DNA of 64,000 nt from a virus: IMG/VR virus record IMGVR_UViG_3300027693_000002, one strand, 5' to 3'. A program made the position numbers and the translations under genes. The notes beneath the pieces were generated by a model. It was given only the letters and a program-made list of their open reading frames with translations. It did not search any database and had not been told where the DNA came from. Of the stretch, positions 37,223 through 46,718 are shown in pieces; within the stretch, counting starts at the first letter, position 1; the number at the start of each line of letters is the position of its first letter.

Positions 37223-38236
37223 TCAACTATCAAGTAGTTTTTTGGCTACTTCTAGCACATCATTAGTCCAAAAGAAGCCTGTACGTGGCTTTCTAGAGTA
37301 GGGGTTGGTCACCGATGGGCAACATTGGGTTACTCCATCGATCCAATCCTTGGGGACTTGCTCCATCCCGTAAACAGCCCCAAGCAGAGCACCGGCAATT
37401 GCTCCGTTGGTATCGGTATCACCTCCGCGATTGACGGTATCGACAATTCCTTCAGTCAATGACGGGGCGTGTAGTAGTTGATAGAGCGCATTCTGGAAAG
37501 CGAGGACAACCCAACCCATATTCACCATGTAGTTTTCCGGTGGGGCAGTTCTAGCTCGGTCGATAGCTTCGAGGATAACTGGATGGGCTTCCATATCCAC
37601 TGCTGTTGCGGCCAGCGCACCGTAGAGTTGATCTGGGCTTGCATCACTTCCGATTGCTTGATCGATCATCGATACATAAAGTGCATTGATTTGTAAGCAT
37701 ATTTGATTTGGGTGCGTAATAAGGGCATCCTCCATCGCCCAGATCATGGTCTTTCTCCAGTCCTTCTTCTTCGCTCCAAAGATCCCCAAGGGGGCGACAC
37801 GCATCAAAGCCCCATTGGCTTGGCTGTGGAAGTCAGGCATATCCAGGAGTCCATTTTGAGTGGTCCTGCCAACGTCAAATGGTTGGCTATTGAGCCAATA
37901 GCAATACATACTCCGCATAATGGTTGAGCTGTAAAAACCATGGTGAATGAGAGTCCTAGCTAGGGTGATGGCCATTTCGGAATCGTCTGTGCCTTGCCCC
38001 GCCAAGGTCTCCCAGGTGCCCCCATCAGCGAGGTAGCGCACTTTTTCTCCTTGGTGCTCCTGAAGGATGGTCTCCTCGGACTCGAACTCTACGAGGCTCC
38101 CAAGGGAGTCTCCGACCACATGACACAGCAGACAAGCTTGGGCTTTACTCAACGAAGAGGGCATGGTAGCTGATACACCATCGAAATTTAGGTGGCAGCC
38201 ACTCCTATAACCTGAGATTGATTTCAAGTGACTCAA
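37223..38236 (-). CDS. ADP-ribosylglycohydrolase (ARH/DraG family)
   Basis: HVVGDSLGSLVEF, GQGTDDSEM, GNGALMRVAPLG, GGDTDTNGAIAGALLGA family motifs; 337 aa. Confidence 0.8.
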   Translation of the reverse strand: MSHLKSISGYRSGCHLNFDGVSATMPSSLSKAQACLLCHVVGDSLGSLVEFESEETILQEHQGEKVRYLADGGTWETLAGQGTDDSEMAITLARTLIHHGFYSSTIMRSMYCYWLNSQPFDVGRTTQNGLLDMPDFHSQANGALMRVAPLGIFGAKKKDWRKTMIWAMEDALITHPNQICLQINALYVSMIDQAIGSDASPDQLYGALAATAVDMEAHPVILEAIDRARTAPPENYMVNMGWVVLAFQNALYQLLHAPSLTEGIVDTVNRGGDTDTNGAIAGALLGAVYGMEQVPKDWIDGVTQCCPSVTNPYSRKPRTGFFWTNDVLEVAKKLLDS

Positions 38237-39121
38237 GAATATCTGTTCGACATGGAAACGAGTGACCCAGATGACGTGTTCACTCTAGCGCTCCTTGCTA
38301 CTCATCCCCGAGCCAAACTCGTTGGGGCTACGATCCATCCAGGAGGTTTCGACCAGGTCGGGATAGTTCGTCATGTCCTCGATCGTCTTGGGCGGACGGA
38401 CGTGCCTATCGGAATTGGGAGCCTCAAGAAGCAAACTTCTAAGGTGTCCCAGTTCCACTATGATTGGCTTGGGAAGATCTCCCCCTGTCAGCCCCAGGGA
38501 AGCGCCACTGAGGTCATTAAGCAGGTACTACTGGACTTTCCAACCACCCACCTAATCACTGGAGCGGCCCTCACCAACATCTGGAAGGCTAGCAGTGAGG
38601 TGTGGCCGTTTTTCCGTACGTGGACTTGCCAGGGTGGCTTCGCCGGAGACAACATCGTCCCACCCGAACACCGGCTACCCAAGTTCGCCGGCAAGCTCAC
38701 CTGTCCGACCTTCAACCTTGGGGGCGACTCGAAAGCAGCCCTCGGTTTACTGGGTAAAAACTCACCTATCTGGACTCGACGGATGGTTTCCAAGAACGTT
38801 TGTCACGGTGTCTTCTGGGGTCCTATGGTCAATGAGAGAATCCCTTCCGGAGCCCATGCTGGGCTTGACCTCATCAAGGAAGGGATGGCTTTTTACTTCA
38901 AAAAGCGCCCAGAGGGGAAGGCCCTTCACGACACAATAGCGGCTGCTGCAGCCATTGATCCAAGTATCGGAACATGGGTAAGAGTTCAACCTTACATGGA
39001 GAAGGGTGAGTGGGGTTGCCACGAGTACGATGAGTCAACTCGTCAAGCGAACGCTCCGGATCCACCCTCCATCATGATTGTGCTCAACAACGAGGCCTTC
39101 GAGCGAACCTTGGTTCACTAG
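38228..39121 (+). CDS. nucleoside hydrolase-like protein (IU-NH family, tentative)
   Basis: N-terminal DMETSDPDDVFTLALL resembles IU-NH DxDxxxDD aspartate cluster; ~300 aa. Confidence 0.45.
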   Translation: MTQEYLFDMETSDPDDVFTLALLATHPRAKLVGATIHPGGFDQVGIVRHVLDRLGRTDVPIGIGSLKKQTSKVSQFHYDWLGKISPCQPQGSATEVIKQVLLDFPTTHLITGAALTNIWKASSEVWPFFRTWTCQGGFAGDNIVPPEHRLPKFAGKLTCPTFNLGGDSKAALGLLGKNSPIWTRRMVSKNVCHGVFWGPMVNERIPSGAHAGLDLIKEGMAFYFKKRPEGKALHDTIAAAAAIDPSIGTWVRVQPYMEKGEWGCHEYDESTRQANAPDPPSIMIVLNNEAFERTLVH

Positions 39122-39747
39122 GTCTTTTCAGGTATTTCTTCCACCTCGGAGATAATCCGATTTGACATCCACTGAAGGAAACTGCTGACTCGATTGTAGA
39201 TCCAGAGTGCGATCCTACGAACCAGGTCGTGGAAGATAGTGCCAACTATCGAAAACACGCAGAACGCAATCCAACCGATAACCTTCCTCTTGTAGTCACG
39301 GACACGTGGGATCTTCGAAAGGTTGGTCTTCTTGAAGTATTGGCTACGCAAATACTGGTAATCCGTCTTATTGACCAACTCCTCATCCATTGTGTAGACA
39401 GCACCCGAAGCGATTCGAGCTCGAGCCGCTTCCTGAATATCATGGAACTCATCCAAGGCATCCATCCTGGCGTCCTTGAACCGATAGAGGAACAAGAACC
39501 ACTTGAAGGTTGCCCATATGGTGCCCGCAGGGAAATAGCTCAGGACTACGATAAAGGAGGTTCCAGGGTTATGCCTTACTAGATCCACTACTGAGAACGC
39601 ATGCAGGAAGTGACTCAGTACGAGAGCTCCTATGAGGGTTGCGGTGGACCACTTGTAGAACTCGAATTCGACTAGCACAATAAGCCCTACAAACAGTACA
39701 AATTCAAACCCCCAGATCCAAGGGGCCAATCCGAACCAGAAGAACAT
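39118..39747 (-). CDS. integral membrane protein
   Basis: 209 aa with several hydrophobic helices. Confidence 0.45.
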   Translation of the reverse strand: MFFWFGLAPWIWGFEFVLFVGLIVLVEFEFYKWSTATLIGALVLSHFLHAFSVVDLVRHNPGTSFIVVLSYFPAGTIWATFKWFLFLYRFKDARMDALDEFHDIQEAARARIASGAVYTMDEELVNKTDYQYLRSQYFKKTNLSKIPRVRDYKRKVIGWIAFCVFSIVGTIFHDLVRRIALWIYNRVSSFLQWMSNRIISEVEEIPEKT

Positions 39748-39809
39748 ACGATACCTTTTGTGTAAATTGAGGGTAGTGTTAATTTAAGTACTATGTGTCA
39801 ATGAGCTAT

Positions 39810-40013
39810 TTAGCTGGTAACTTCGCGCATTTCCCAGTCCTCGGCTAAGATGTCCTCTTCGGTTGGTACCCAGAGTGTGGAGTCTGGAAATCCAAAGGCA
39901 AAGTCCAATTCCCGGATGTGCCCGTACTTGTCGATATGCAGCCAAACAACACTCCCCTTGCGCTTAATCTGTCGACCAGCTTTGAGGTGAACAAGGGCTT
40001 CGGAGAAAGTCAT
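39810..40013 (-). CDS. hypothetical small protein
   Basis: ORF track 67 aa. Confidence 0.3.
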   Translation of the reverse strand: MTFSEALVHLKAGRQIKRKGSVVWLHIDKYGHIRELDFAFGFPDSTLWVPTEEDILAEDWEMREVTS

Positions 40014-40149
40014 ATCATGGGTTCTCGCTTGTATCGATCAGGGTAGTAGCAGTTGACTCCAAAGCTAGTCAAAGTTGATCAAACCGATCAAACCCATTGG
40101 GGTTTTTGAACTCCTGAGACACTATCGGTGATTACACCGAACCAGCTCA

Positions 40150-40485
40150 TCAAGCTGTTCCGATCGAAGTCTTGCCGAAGATACGGTCGTAGCCGGCTCG
40201 ATAAGCGTCGCTGGTGACCTTGGCTGGGCCCTTCGAGGTGTTGGACTCTTCTCCTTGATGACGAGGATTGTATACAGTTCGTACCAAAAAGTCTCCTTGC
40301 TGGGAATCGTACTTCACCATCAGAATCTCTTGGTCCCCAATGATCGATTGCCCATCTCTCAAAGGTTGGACTCTACCCACGTGGATCTTGTGATCTGGAG
40401 TATGCCTCACGCACGAATGCGACCCATCCCCAAGATCTGGACCTATTATCAGTCTATCCTCAGCCGGACATTCGTCTTTTGACAT
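40150..40485 (-). CDS. hypothetical protein
   Basis: ORF track 111 aa. Confidence 0.3.
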   Translation of the reverse strand: MSKDECPAEDRLIIGPDLGDGSHSCVRHTPDHKIHVGRVQPLRDGQSIIGDQEILMVKYDSQQGDFLVRTVYNPRHQGEESNTSKGPAKVTSDAYRAGYDRIFGKTSIGTA

Positions 40486-40584
40486 AGTAGTAGTCCAAGG
40501 TGTCAGGGTATATCAAGAAAGTCAACATTATGTTGACTTGGCCAAGGGATTGGAGTACCTATCCGTGGATTTATACAGGATCCA

Positions 40585-41526
40585 ATGGAAAAGTACCCTT
40601 CAATCGTTCAACTCTCCGACTGCCCAGAGATCTTTTCTGTCAGGGAAGTAGTTGCCCTCGAGAAAATCCACGGTTCGAATTTTCGTCTCTTTTTCCCACT
40701 CGGGATGAAAAGCATCGAAGAGATTGGTTATGGTTCACGTGACGTCGAATATCAACTTGGGCAGAACTTCCCGCTCGGGAGCATGCTTAACAAGTTCAAA
40801 GCCCAGAAGGACCTTCTAACAAGGATGATGGAGGTCATCAAGTCCTACGGGTTCTCTGAAGTCACCGTTTTTGGTGAAGCTCACGGTCCCGGCATCAAAA
40901 CCAAGGGAGTTCAATACTCAAGTGGTCAGGAGCCTCTTTTCAGAGCCTTCGACATCATGGTGGCCAAGAACTTTGTCACCTACGACCTGTTCATCGAGCT
41001 TTGCTCCAAGATGGAGCTACCTGTAATACCCGAGGTGTGGCGAGGGGAGCCGACTCAGGCAAACTTCGATGCGCTCTTAGAAAAACCCAGCACGGTTGGG
41101 AAGATCAATGGTTTTGGGGATGACAACATCGCTGAGGGGGTGGTCATCCGATCGAATCCTCTTCTCCGAAACGTGTTTGGAAACTGGCTAATCTGTAAGC
41201 ATAAATGCGCCAAGTTCGCTGAAGTTGCATCCGCCGCCAAAGAGAAAACTCCAAGGGGTCCTTCTCCGATTGATGACTTCATCGTCAAGTACGTCACGAA
41301 GGGGCGAGTCATCAACGCCGTCGGACGCCTTAACGACCGAGGGGTTGAATTAACCCATACCATGAAGGACATGCCATTGATCTTGACCACGGTTTGCGCA
41401 GACCTGGCCAAGGATTGCCAACGGGAGATGACCGAACTCGGGGCTACCGAGCAGAGCATCAAGGGGAGTGTCTCAAAAGTGCTAGGCCCGATGTACAGAG
41501 AGATACTTGCCGGTAAGGAGATTTGA
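40585..41526 (+). CDS. RNA ligase, Rnl2 family
   Basis: nucleotidyltransferase motif I EKIHGSNF (KxHG with adenylated Lys) as in T4 Rnl2; 313 aa. Confidence 0.75.
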   Translation: MEKYPSIVQLSDCPEIFSVREVVALEKIHGSNFRLFFPLGMKSIEEIGYGSRDVEYQLGQNFPLGSMLNKFKAQKDLLTRMMEVIKSYGFSEVTVFGEAHGPGIKTKGVQYSSGQEPLFRAFDIMVAKNFVTYDLFIELCSKMELPVIPEVWRGEPTQANFDALLEKPSTVGKINGFGDDNIAEGVVIRSNPLLRNVFGNWLICKHKCAKFAEVASAAKEKTPRGPSPIDDFIVKYVTKGRVINAVGRLNDRGVELTHTMKDMPLILTTVCADLAKDCQREMTELGATEQSIKGSVSKVLGPMYREILAGKEI

Positions 41527-42124
41527 GAACCCAGCCGACTTGGGCGGCTGGGTTCTCAAGAACGTCAACTAGTCGCCCTGCTATGCGGATGCGGGTCCCA
41601 TCTTCTCTAATTTCCCAGGTGTTCGCGATTTGATGAAACATCGCAGGATGGGTCGTCAAGAGAAGCATTTGAGTCAGCATCTGATCCTGAAGGGGTACGA
41701 AATCCCTTGTCACGATGCAGTACTCGAAGGTTCGACGTCCCTCCTCGATTCGAAACACATTGTGTTGTTCCCTGGAGGTGATGAGATAGGTGTAACCATC
41801 GGCACCAAGGACGTGGAAGGATCCAGAGGATTCGAACTCAGACACTTGGGTTTCATCGAGATGGGCCATTAGGATAGCTCGAGCTTTTGCTTCAACACTA
41901 TCACGCTTGGCTTTCCTCTCGCGCCTTTCTTCTTCGAGACGAACCCTCCAAGCTTCAAGTCTAGGTATGTTTCTATCGTAATCCTTGCCGGCGATAAGCA
42001 AGCACGTCTGCTCAATCAAATAGCTTGGATCTTGCCCATCGAGATCTATGCCCGTGTAGGCTCGTTCTACAAAGGCCAAACCCCCACGATCCAGATCCCA
42101 TGCTGATCTGGACCTGATTCCCAA
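41459..42124 (-). CDS. hypothetical protein
   Basis: ORF track 221 aa. Confidence 0.4.
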   Translation of the reverse strand: MGIRSRSAWDLDRGGLAFVERAYTGIDLDGQDPSYLIEQTCLLIAGKDYDRNIPRLEAWRVRLEEERRERKAKRDSVEAKARAILMAHLDETQVSEFESSGSFHVLGADGYTYLITSREQHNVFRIEEGRRTFEYCIVTRDFVPLQDQMLTQMLLLTTHPAMFHQIANTWEIREDGTRIRIAGRLVDVLENPAAQVGWVLKSPYRQVSLCTSGLALLRHSP

Positions 42125-42414
42125 TTAGTAACCCCATCAACAGAATAGACGGACCTGATAGACAGAATCAAGGAACCATCCAGTGGTTGAGGTAACGCTT
42201 GAAGGCGATCTGAAAGTTGGGCAACGAGAACGGTCAGTGGTTCATCAAGCCCTAAGCTGATTATGACTCTATGGTTGACTGTTAAGGGCCTGATGTCCCA
42301 GATTCCTCCATTGGCAAAATTGGAGGCCCCATCCCACTGATAGCTATGCTCTGCCCCTTCTAACTCATAAATGGGGATCTCACCTGGATCAAGAACGCCT
42401 ACGAGGAGATGCAC
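42067..42414 (-). CDS. hypothetical protein
   Basis: ORF track 115 aa. Confidence 0.3.
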   Translation of the reverse strand: MHLLVGVLDPGEIPIYELEGAEHSYQWDGASNFANGGIWDIRPLTVNHRVIISLGLDEPLTVLVAQLSDRLQALPQPLDGSLILSIRSVYSVDGVTNWESGPDQHGIWIVGVWPL

Positions 42415-42476
42415 AAGTTATCTCCTGCTAAGGCTAAGTTCTGATTCAGGAATCCACTGGGTAGTTCTACTACCCA

Positions 42477-42791
42477 TCACCCGCCTCGCATCTGTGGTGT
42501 CACTACGTAGTCCGCCTTGGGGTCAAGGGTGGTCGCTATTTCGGGGGCCACGTAGACGTACTTGCCTGCTTTCGGATCAAATGCTTCTTCCGGACTTTTA
42601 CGTCTACTACGTTTCACCTTAAAGGTGAGAAATCCTTTCGACTTCAACAGGTTGAAGTGTGCCTCGGCGGCCCGGCACTCGTTTTCATTCGTTTTGTCCC
42701 ACGTGTACGTCGTATCCCCCTCGTGATTCAACTGCGCGATAGTTCCGAGATCTGGTTCAGAGTTCAAAGTTGACTGGTCAATACATTCCAT
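42477..42791 (-). CDS. small protein ending in Gly-Gly (ubiquitin-like/ThiS-MoaD-like candidate)
   Basis: 104 aa; C-terminus ...VTPQMRGG-stop; ~550 nt from ThiF/MoeB E1-like gene. Confidence 0.35.
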   Translation of the reverse strand: MECIDQSTLNSEPDLGTIAQLNHEGDTTYTWDKTNENECRAAEAHFNLLKSKGFLTFKVKRSRRKSPEEAFDPKAGKYVYVAPEIATTLDPKADYVVTPQMRGG

Positions 42792-42867
42792 GCTTCAACC
42801 CTACACCAATCCTAGGAATCAGACAATTGCTTGTTGAGTTTCACCCCAATCGTGCGTAATAGAACGT

Positions 42868-43134
42868 ATGGAACTCACAAACCTCGAGGCCATGACTCAA
42901 GACGAGCTTCGAGCTTTTTGGTCGAAGTGGCACGTTACCACCAAGGAAGAGGCCGGCCTCTTCCTTGGTGACCGGAAAGACGCTCGCAAGGTCATGGAGA
43001 GTCTAGCCTGCTACGCCATCAACAAATCGTGTACTATCGGCCTTCGTCTCGAAGGCCAGATTGAACCTGCCCTGACCTATGAGCAGGCTTGCGAGATCCA
43101 GTACGAGAAGCTCCCGGAGGACGTCCGGTGGTAG
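42868..43134 (+). CDS. hypothetical protein, copy 1 of duplicated two-gene module
   Basis: 88 aa; paralog at 44512..44764. Confidence 0.45.
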   Translation: MELTNLEAMTQDELRAFWSKWHVTTKEEAGLFLGDRKDARKVMESLACYAINKSCTIGLRLEGQIEPALTYEQACEIQYEKLPEDVRW

Positions 43135-43322
43135 GTAATCTTACGGGCCGCCCCAAGTGCTACTACTGCCACCGTCCGCTTTACTTGAGCGATGGCAAGT
43201 GCACGAACTGTGGTGCCCCCGCTACTCCACTTGACCCGCTGAAGCCCACTGAAGATCCCAAGGTGCAGGACGAAATCAAGCACCCTCTTCGTCGGGACAC
43301 ACCAGCCATGTTTTTCAAGTGA
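43089..43322 (+). CDS. zinc-ribbon protein, copy 1 of duplicated module (likely GTG start near 43128 overlapping upstream stop)
   Basis: KCYYCHRPLY...GKCTNCGAP; paralog 44767..44973. Confidence 0.4.
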   Translation: MRDPVREAPGGRPVVGNLTGRPKCYYCHRPLYLSDGKCTNCGAPATPLDPLKPTEDPKVQDEIKHPLRRDTPAMFFK

Positions 43323-43333
43323 TGAACCTATGC

Positions 43334-44080
43334 TCAGTAAGTCATCGAGCAAACTGAGCAGTTTGGGTTGCGAGCTCCAAGCGGCATTCGGTCGAAGGAC
43401 ATGTAGAGAGCGTTGTAGTTGAGCATCGTCCCTTCCAACGTCTGTCCGAGCCCCAGGATGACCTTGAGCGCCTCTGTTGCTTGGATAGTACCTATCACGC
43501 CTGGGACAACTCCAAGGACGCCACCGGGCTTGTCAGCCCCTTTGGGGGGCACATCTGGATAGAGGCATCGATAGCAGGGGCCGCCCCGGGTGAAGGTTGT
43601 CACTTGACCCTCATACGAGAAAACGGCCCCGTGGATCCATGGGAGCTTACGTTTTACGCAAGCTTCGTTGATGAGGTACCGAGTTTCCAGGTTATCCACG
43701 GCGTCAATGACCACGTGCCAACCAATCTCGAAGATCTGATCTATGGTCGAGGCATCCACGCGACCGACATACTCAACGGTGGATACGTCAGGGGTCAACC
43801 GGGTCACCGCCTCTGTGACACTTGGGACCTTGAGTTTTCCGACGGTGGAGTGGATGATCTGCCTCTGGAGGTTCGAGAGGCTAACCGAATCAAAGTCCAC
43901 GACCCCCAAGGTACCGACCCCTGCGGCGGCTAAGTAGAGCGCTACTGGGGATCCTAACCCGCCCGCCCCTATGAGCAGGACCTTGCTCTGAAGCAGTTTG
44001 ATCTGCCCAGCTTCCTTGACTTCAGGCAGCCTAACGTGACGCTCATATCGGATTTGCTGTTCAATTGTTAGCTGAGGCAT
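43334..44080 (-). CDS. ThiF/MoeB-family E1-like adenylyltransferase
   Basis: LLIGAGGLGSPVALYLAAAGVGTLGVVDFDSVSLSNLQRQ nucleotide-binding motif; CYRC; 248 aa. Confidence 0.8.
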   Translation of the reverse strand: MPQLTIEQQIRYERHVRLPEVKEAGQIKLLQSKVLLIGAGGLGSPVALYLAAAGVGTLGVVDFDSVSLSNLQRQIIHSTVGKLKVPSVTEAVTRLTPDVSTVEYVGRVDASTIDQIFEIGWHVVIDAVDNLETRYLINEACVKRKLPWIHGAVFSYEGQVTTFTRGGPCYRCLYPDVPPKGADKPGGVLGVVPGVIGTIQATEALKVILGLGQTLEGTMLNYNALYMSFDRMPLGARNPNCSVCSMTY

Positions 44081-44511
44081 AGATCAGAGCACAAAAGATG
44101 GAGGGGGATTACTTGCTTGTCCTCAGTATTGAACACTCGCTTGTCGTTCTCTTGACTCCTAGTACTTAGGTCGACCGGGCTGGAAACCGCTCCGCATCTT
44201 GGGCTCCTCAGTGCATCCTTCGGGTCGAGCGTCTTTAGTCGTGGAGAGGTAGGGCGTCGCCTTGCAGTAGATAGAGCCGCACCGGCAATCCATGTGATGA
44301 AGACTACCAGTCAATCCCTCGCGCTTGGCTATCGAATTGAGTACAGCCTCTTCGAACTTAATCTGTCTCATACGCCAAAGGGGAAGGAATACACGACCTC
44401 CTCTTTGGATGTGGTCTTTTCGTCGAGTATCCATAGCCAGATGATACCATGGGGAGAGGTGGGTAGCAAAGATTCAGTTGAATTCTCTGCTGGTGGTGCG
44501 TAATAGAAGGC

Positions 44512-44764
44512 ATGGAAATCCCAAACTTCGACGCAATGAGCCGGGAAGAACTCCGAGACTTCTGGGTGGCACATCGCCACCCAGAAGGAAGCCGTCGTTG
44601 TCACTGGGAAGCGGAAGGGCGCTCGCCGGATCATGGAGACGCTAGCTTGCTACGCCATCAACAAGTCGTGTGCCATGAGCCTCCGGCTCGAAGGTGAGGT
44701 TGAGCGGGCTACGAAGTACGAGGAAGCCTGTGAGCTGGCCTATGGGAGGCTCCCGGAGGATGTC
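44512..44764 (+). pseudogene. frameshifted paralog of 42868..43134
   Basis: N-terminus MEIPNFDAMSREELRDFW matches copy 1, then a ~5-nt deletion shifts frame; conserved C-terminal part (ETLACYAINKSC...LPEDVRW) readable in +1 frame. Confidence 0.45.
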
Positions 44765-44766
44765 CG

Positions 44767-44973
44767 GTGGTAGTTATGAAGCACACGCCGAAGAGAAGGC
44801 CGAAGTGCCACTACTGTCACAACCCGCTCTATGTGAAGGGCGGCAAGTGCAAGAACTGTGGAGCCCCTGCTACCCCACTTGAGCCTACGAAGTCAGCCGA
44901 GGGATGCAAGGTGCGGGACGAGATCAAGCATCGAGTCCGGAAAGATAGCCCAGCGAATTTCATGAAGAGCTGA
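44767..44973 (+). CDS. zinc-ribbon protein, copy 2 of duplicated module
   Basis: KCHYCHNPLY..GKCKNCGAPATPLEP; same RW-stop/GTG overlap as copy 1. Confidence 0.45.
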   Translation: MVVMKHTPKRRPKCHYCHNPLYVKGGKCKNCGAPATPLEPTKSAEGCKVRDEIKHRVRKDSPANFMKS

Positions 44974-45159
44974 CCGTGAGCTTAACCTCTGCCTCGCCTA
45001 AGAGCCTCAGTCATCGTCTTCTATCCACACGAAGCCTTTTGACCATGGATCGACACCAGGCGACGAGAGTACCTAAGAACGGCAACGCCGTCACCAAATA
45101 AAACGGCAGATCGTGAAATAGGTCTCCACAAAAGTGCATGAACTGGTGTACACCGGGGA

Positions 45160-45423
45160 ATGAATCGTGCTCAATTGAAAGTTTTAGTGACTATCCTGAA
45201 TGATGCAGCTAGTGAATTCTGTCTTCATGGGTACAATGATTTTGACCTAACCAAACAAGGCCTCACACCCGAGGAACTTGAAAATTTCAAGGATGAACTT
45301 ACTAAGTACGTGCCACCCGATGCCCCCCAATACTTAAGAGCAGGGGACGTTGTCGACGATTGGTTGGTCATACGGTACCTGCAAGCTGTAGCCAAGAAAG
45401 AAATTGCAGGTACCGTGACCTGA
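45160..45423 (+). CDS. hypothetical small protein
   Basis: ORF track 87 aa. Confidence 0.3.
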   Translation: MNRAQLKVLVTILNDAASEFCLHGYNDFDLTKQGLTPEELENFKDELTKYVPPDAPQYLRAGDVVDDWLVIRYLQAVAKKEIAGTVT

Positions 45424-45428
45424 CCAAA

Positions 45429-46574
45429 CTAGTTAGATCCTGGGGCAAATGGGCAGAAGCCGGTGAGTTCCACGAAGGCCTCACCGGTATCGCTACCCGT
45501 CACCGCGGCATCCCCTTCCCAATACCGGTCACCAACGGTCAATGTGCCTTCAGGAGCCGGCAAGGGGGCGATGATCTCCTGGGCATCGAAGTAGGGATCC
45601 ACGGTGATGTCAATCCCCTTGCTGGGGACTTGGATGCTCCACCCCATCGGGTAGATGCACTGGAAGTCACCCCAGCCTGGGGGCATCCAAGCCGACTGCC
45701 AGCTACCAAGGGGCGTGATGGTGAAGTCGTTCCGGGTCAGGTGAGTGACTCCGCAGTTGGGATCCGTGAAGGTCCCTTCGATGACTCCGGAGGCGTACTC
45801 GGGGCGAGTCTCGTTCTCGTTCACCTGGACGTCGTAGAGGACGAGCTGCCGGTTGCCCGAGAGTTGGATCCCGAACCACTGCCACGTGGTGACATTCTGG
45901 TAAGCGTCTCGTTGATCCCCAAACTGATGGTCGAACCAGACGGTTCCCGTTACGATCTGGGGTATCCCATCGATAACGATGGCTCCGACTGCAAGCATTT
46001 GCTCGCGGGAATAGTAGTAAACGAGTCCATCGGCACGCTGTTGAACCGGCTTTTTCACCGAGTGAATCGCCAGATCCACTTCGTACCGCTTGCCCGAGGT
46101 TTGGTCGACGATCACTGAGTGGATCGCATCAGTTCCATTACCCCCAAAGACCTGCGAGTGAGGGAAAGTGAACTCGAATCCGTTGGGGACCTTCGTCGGC
46201 AACCCGAGAATAGCTTCTCGTCCACCATAGTTGAACGTGCCGTTACGAAGGTCGGCCACCGTACTGTCCGACCATGTGAGTGGAAGGTAGGTGACGAGGT
46301 CGATCCCCGTGTAGACGATGTTCGAGAACCCAAACTTGCGACCACTCAGTGTCTTCAGGTGGCCCGTCCAGTACCACCACTCGAGGCTATAGGGGGAGAG
46401 CTGAGTGGGATCACATTGGCATCCAGTCGGATCACATACCGTCGGGCAATGTACGGAATCATCTGCCGGAGTGTTGATGGCCCCCTGTAACTGTCCGTGA
46501 CAAGCCGGATGTGCATAGGCTGTTAGGGCTGTGGCTTGGAGAACTAAGGAGATAACTGCTACTGTAGGTTTCAT
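45429..46574 (-). CDS. secreted AttH/CrtC-like lipocalin-domain protein (tentative)
   Basis: N-terminal signal peptide MKPTVAVISLVLQATALTAYA; LEWWYWTGHL motif resembling AttH/CrtC EWWY.TG.L; 381 aa. Confidence 0.4.
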   Translation of the reverse strand: MKPTVAVISLVLQATALTAYAHPACHGQLQGAINTPADDSVHCPTVCDPTGCQCDPTQLSPYSLEWWYWTGHLKTLSGRKFGFSNIVYTGIDLVTYLPLTWSDSTVADLRNGTFNYGGREAILGLPTKVPNGFEFTFPHSQVFGGNGTDAIHSVIVDQTSGKRYEVDLAIHSVKKPVQQRADGLVYYYSREQMLAVGAIVIDGIPQIVTGTVWFDHQFGDQRDAYQNVTTWQWFGIQLSGNRQLVLYDVQVNENETRPEYASGVIEGTFTDPNCGVTHLTRNDFTITPLGSWQSAWMPPGWGDFQCIYPMGWSIQVPSKGIDITVDPYFDAQEIIAPLPAPEGTLTVGDRYWEGDAAVTGSDTGEAFVELTGFCPFAPGSN

Positions 46575-46718
46575 GGTGTTCCTTCCCGCCCCGAATTCCT
46601 TCTAGGCTAGAACTCAACAATTGAGTCACCAAGAAGGAGAGCAGGATCTAGGCAACGTGTCAAGCGAGTATCCGCAAGAGTTCTTGTAACCAGAATGCCG
46701 CAGAGAACCTACTTGTGC

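Noticed and set aside
42477-44080. Interpreting the E1-like/Gly-Gly pair as thiamine or molybdopterin sulfur-carrier biosynthesis
   Set aside because: No thiG, thiH, moaE or moaA partners are in the window, and the Gly-Gly protein is longer than ThiS/MoaD. This is not excluded, only less likely on this evidence.
45360-46118. 252-aa plus-strand ORF antisense to the secreted AttH-like gene
   Set aside because: It is fully embedded antisense in a longer ORF with a signal peptide and a family motif. It is a GC-driven open frame without features.
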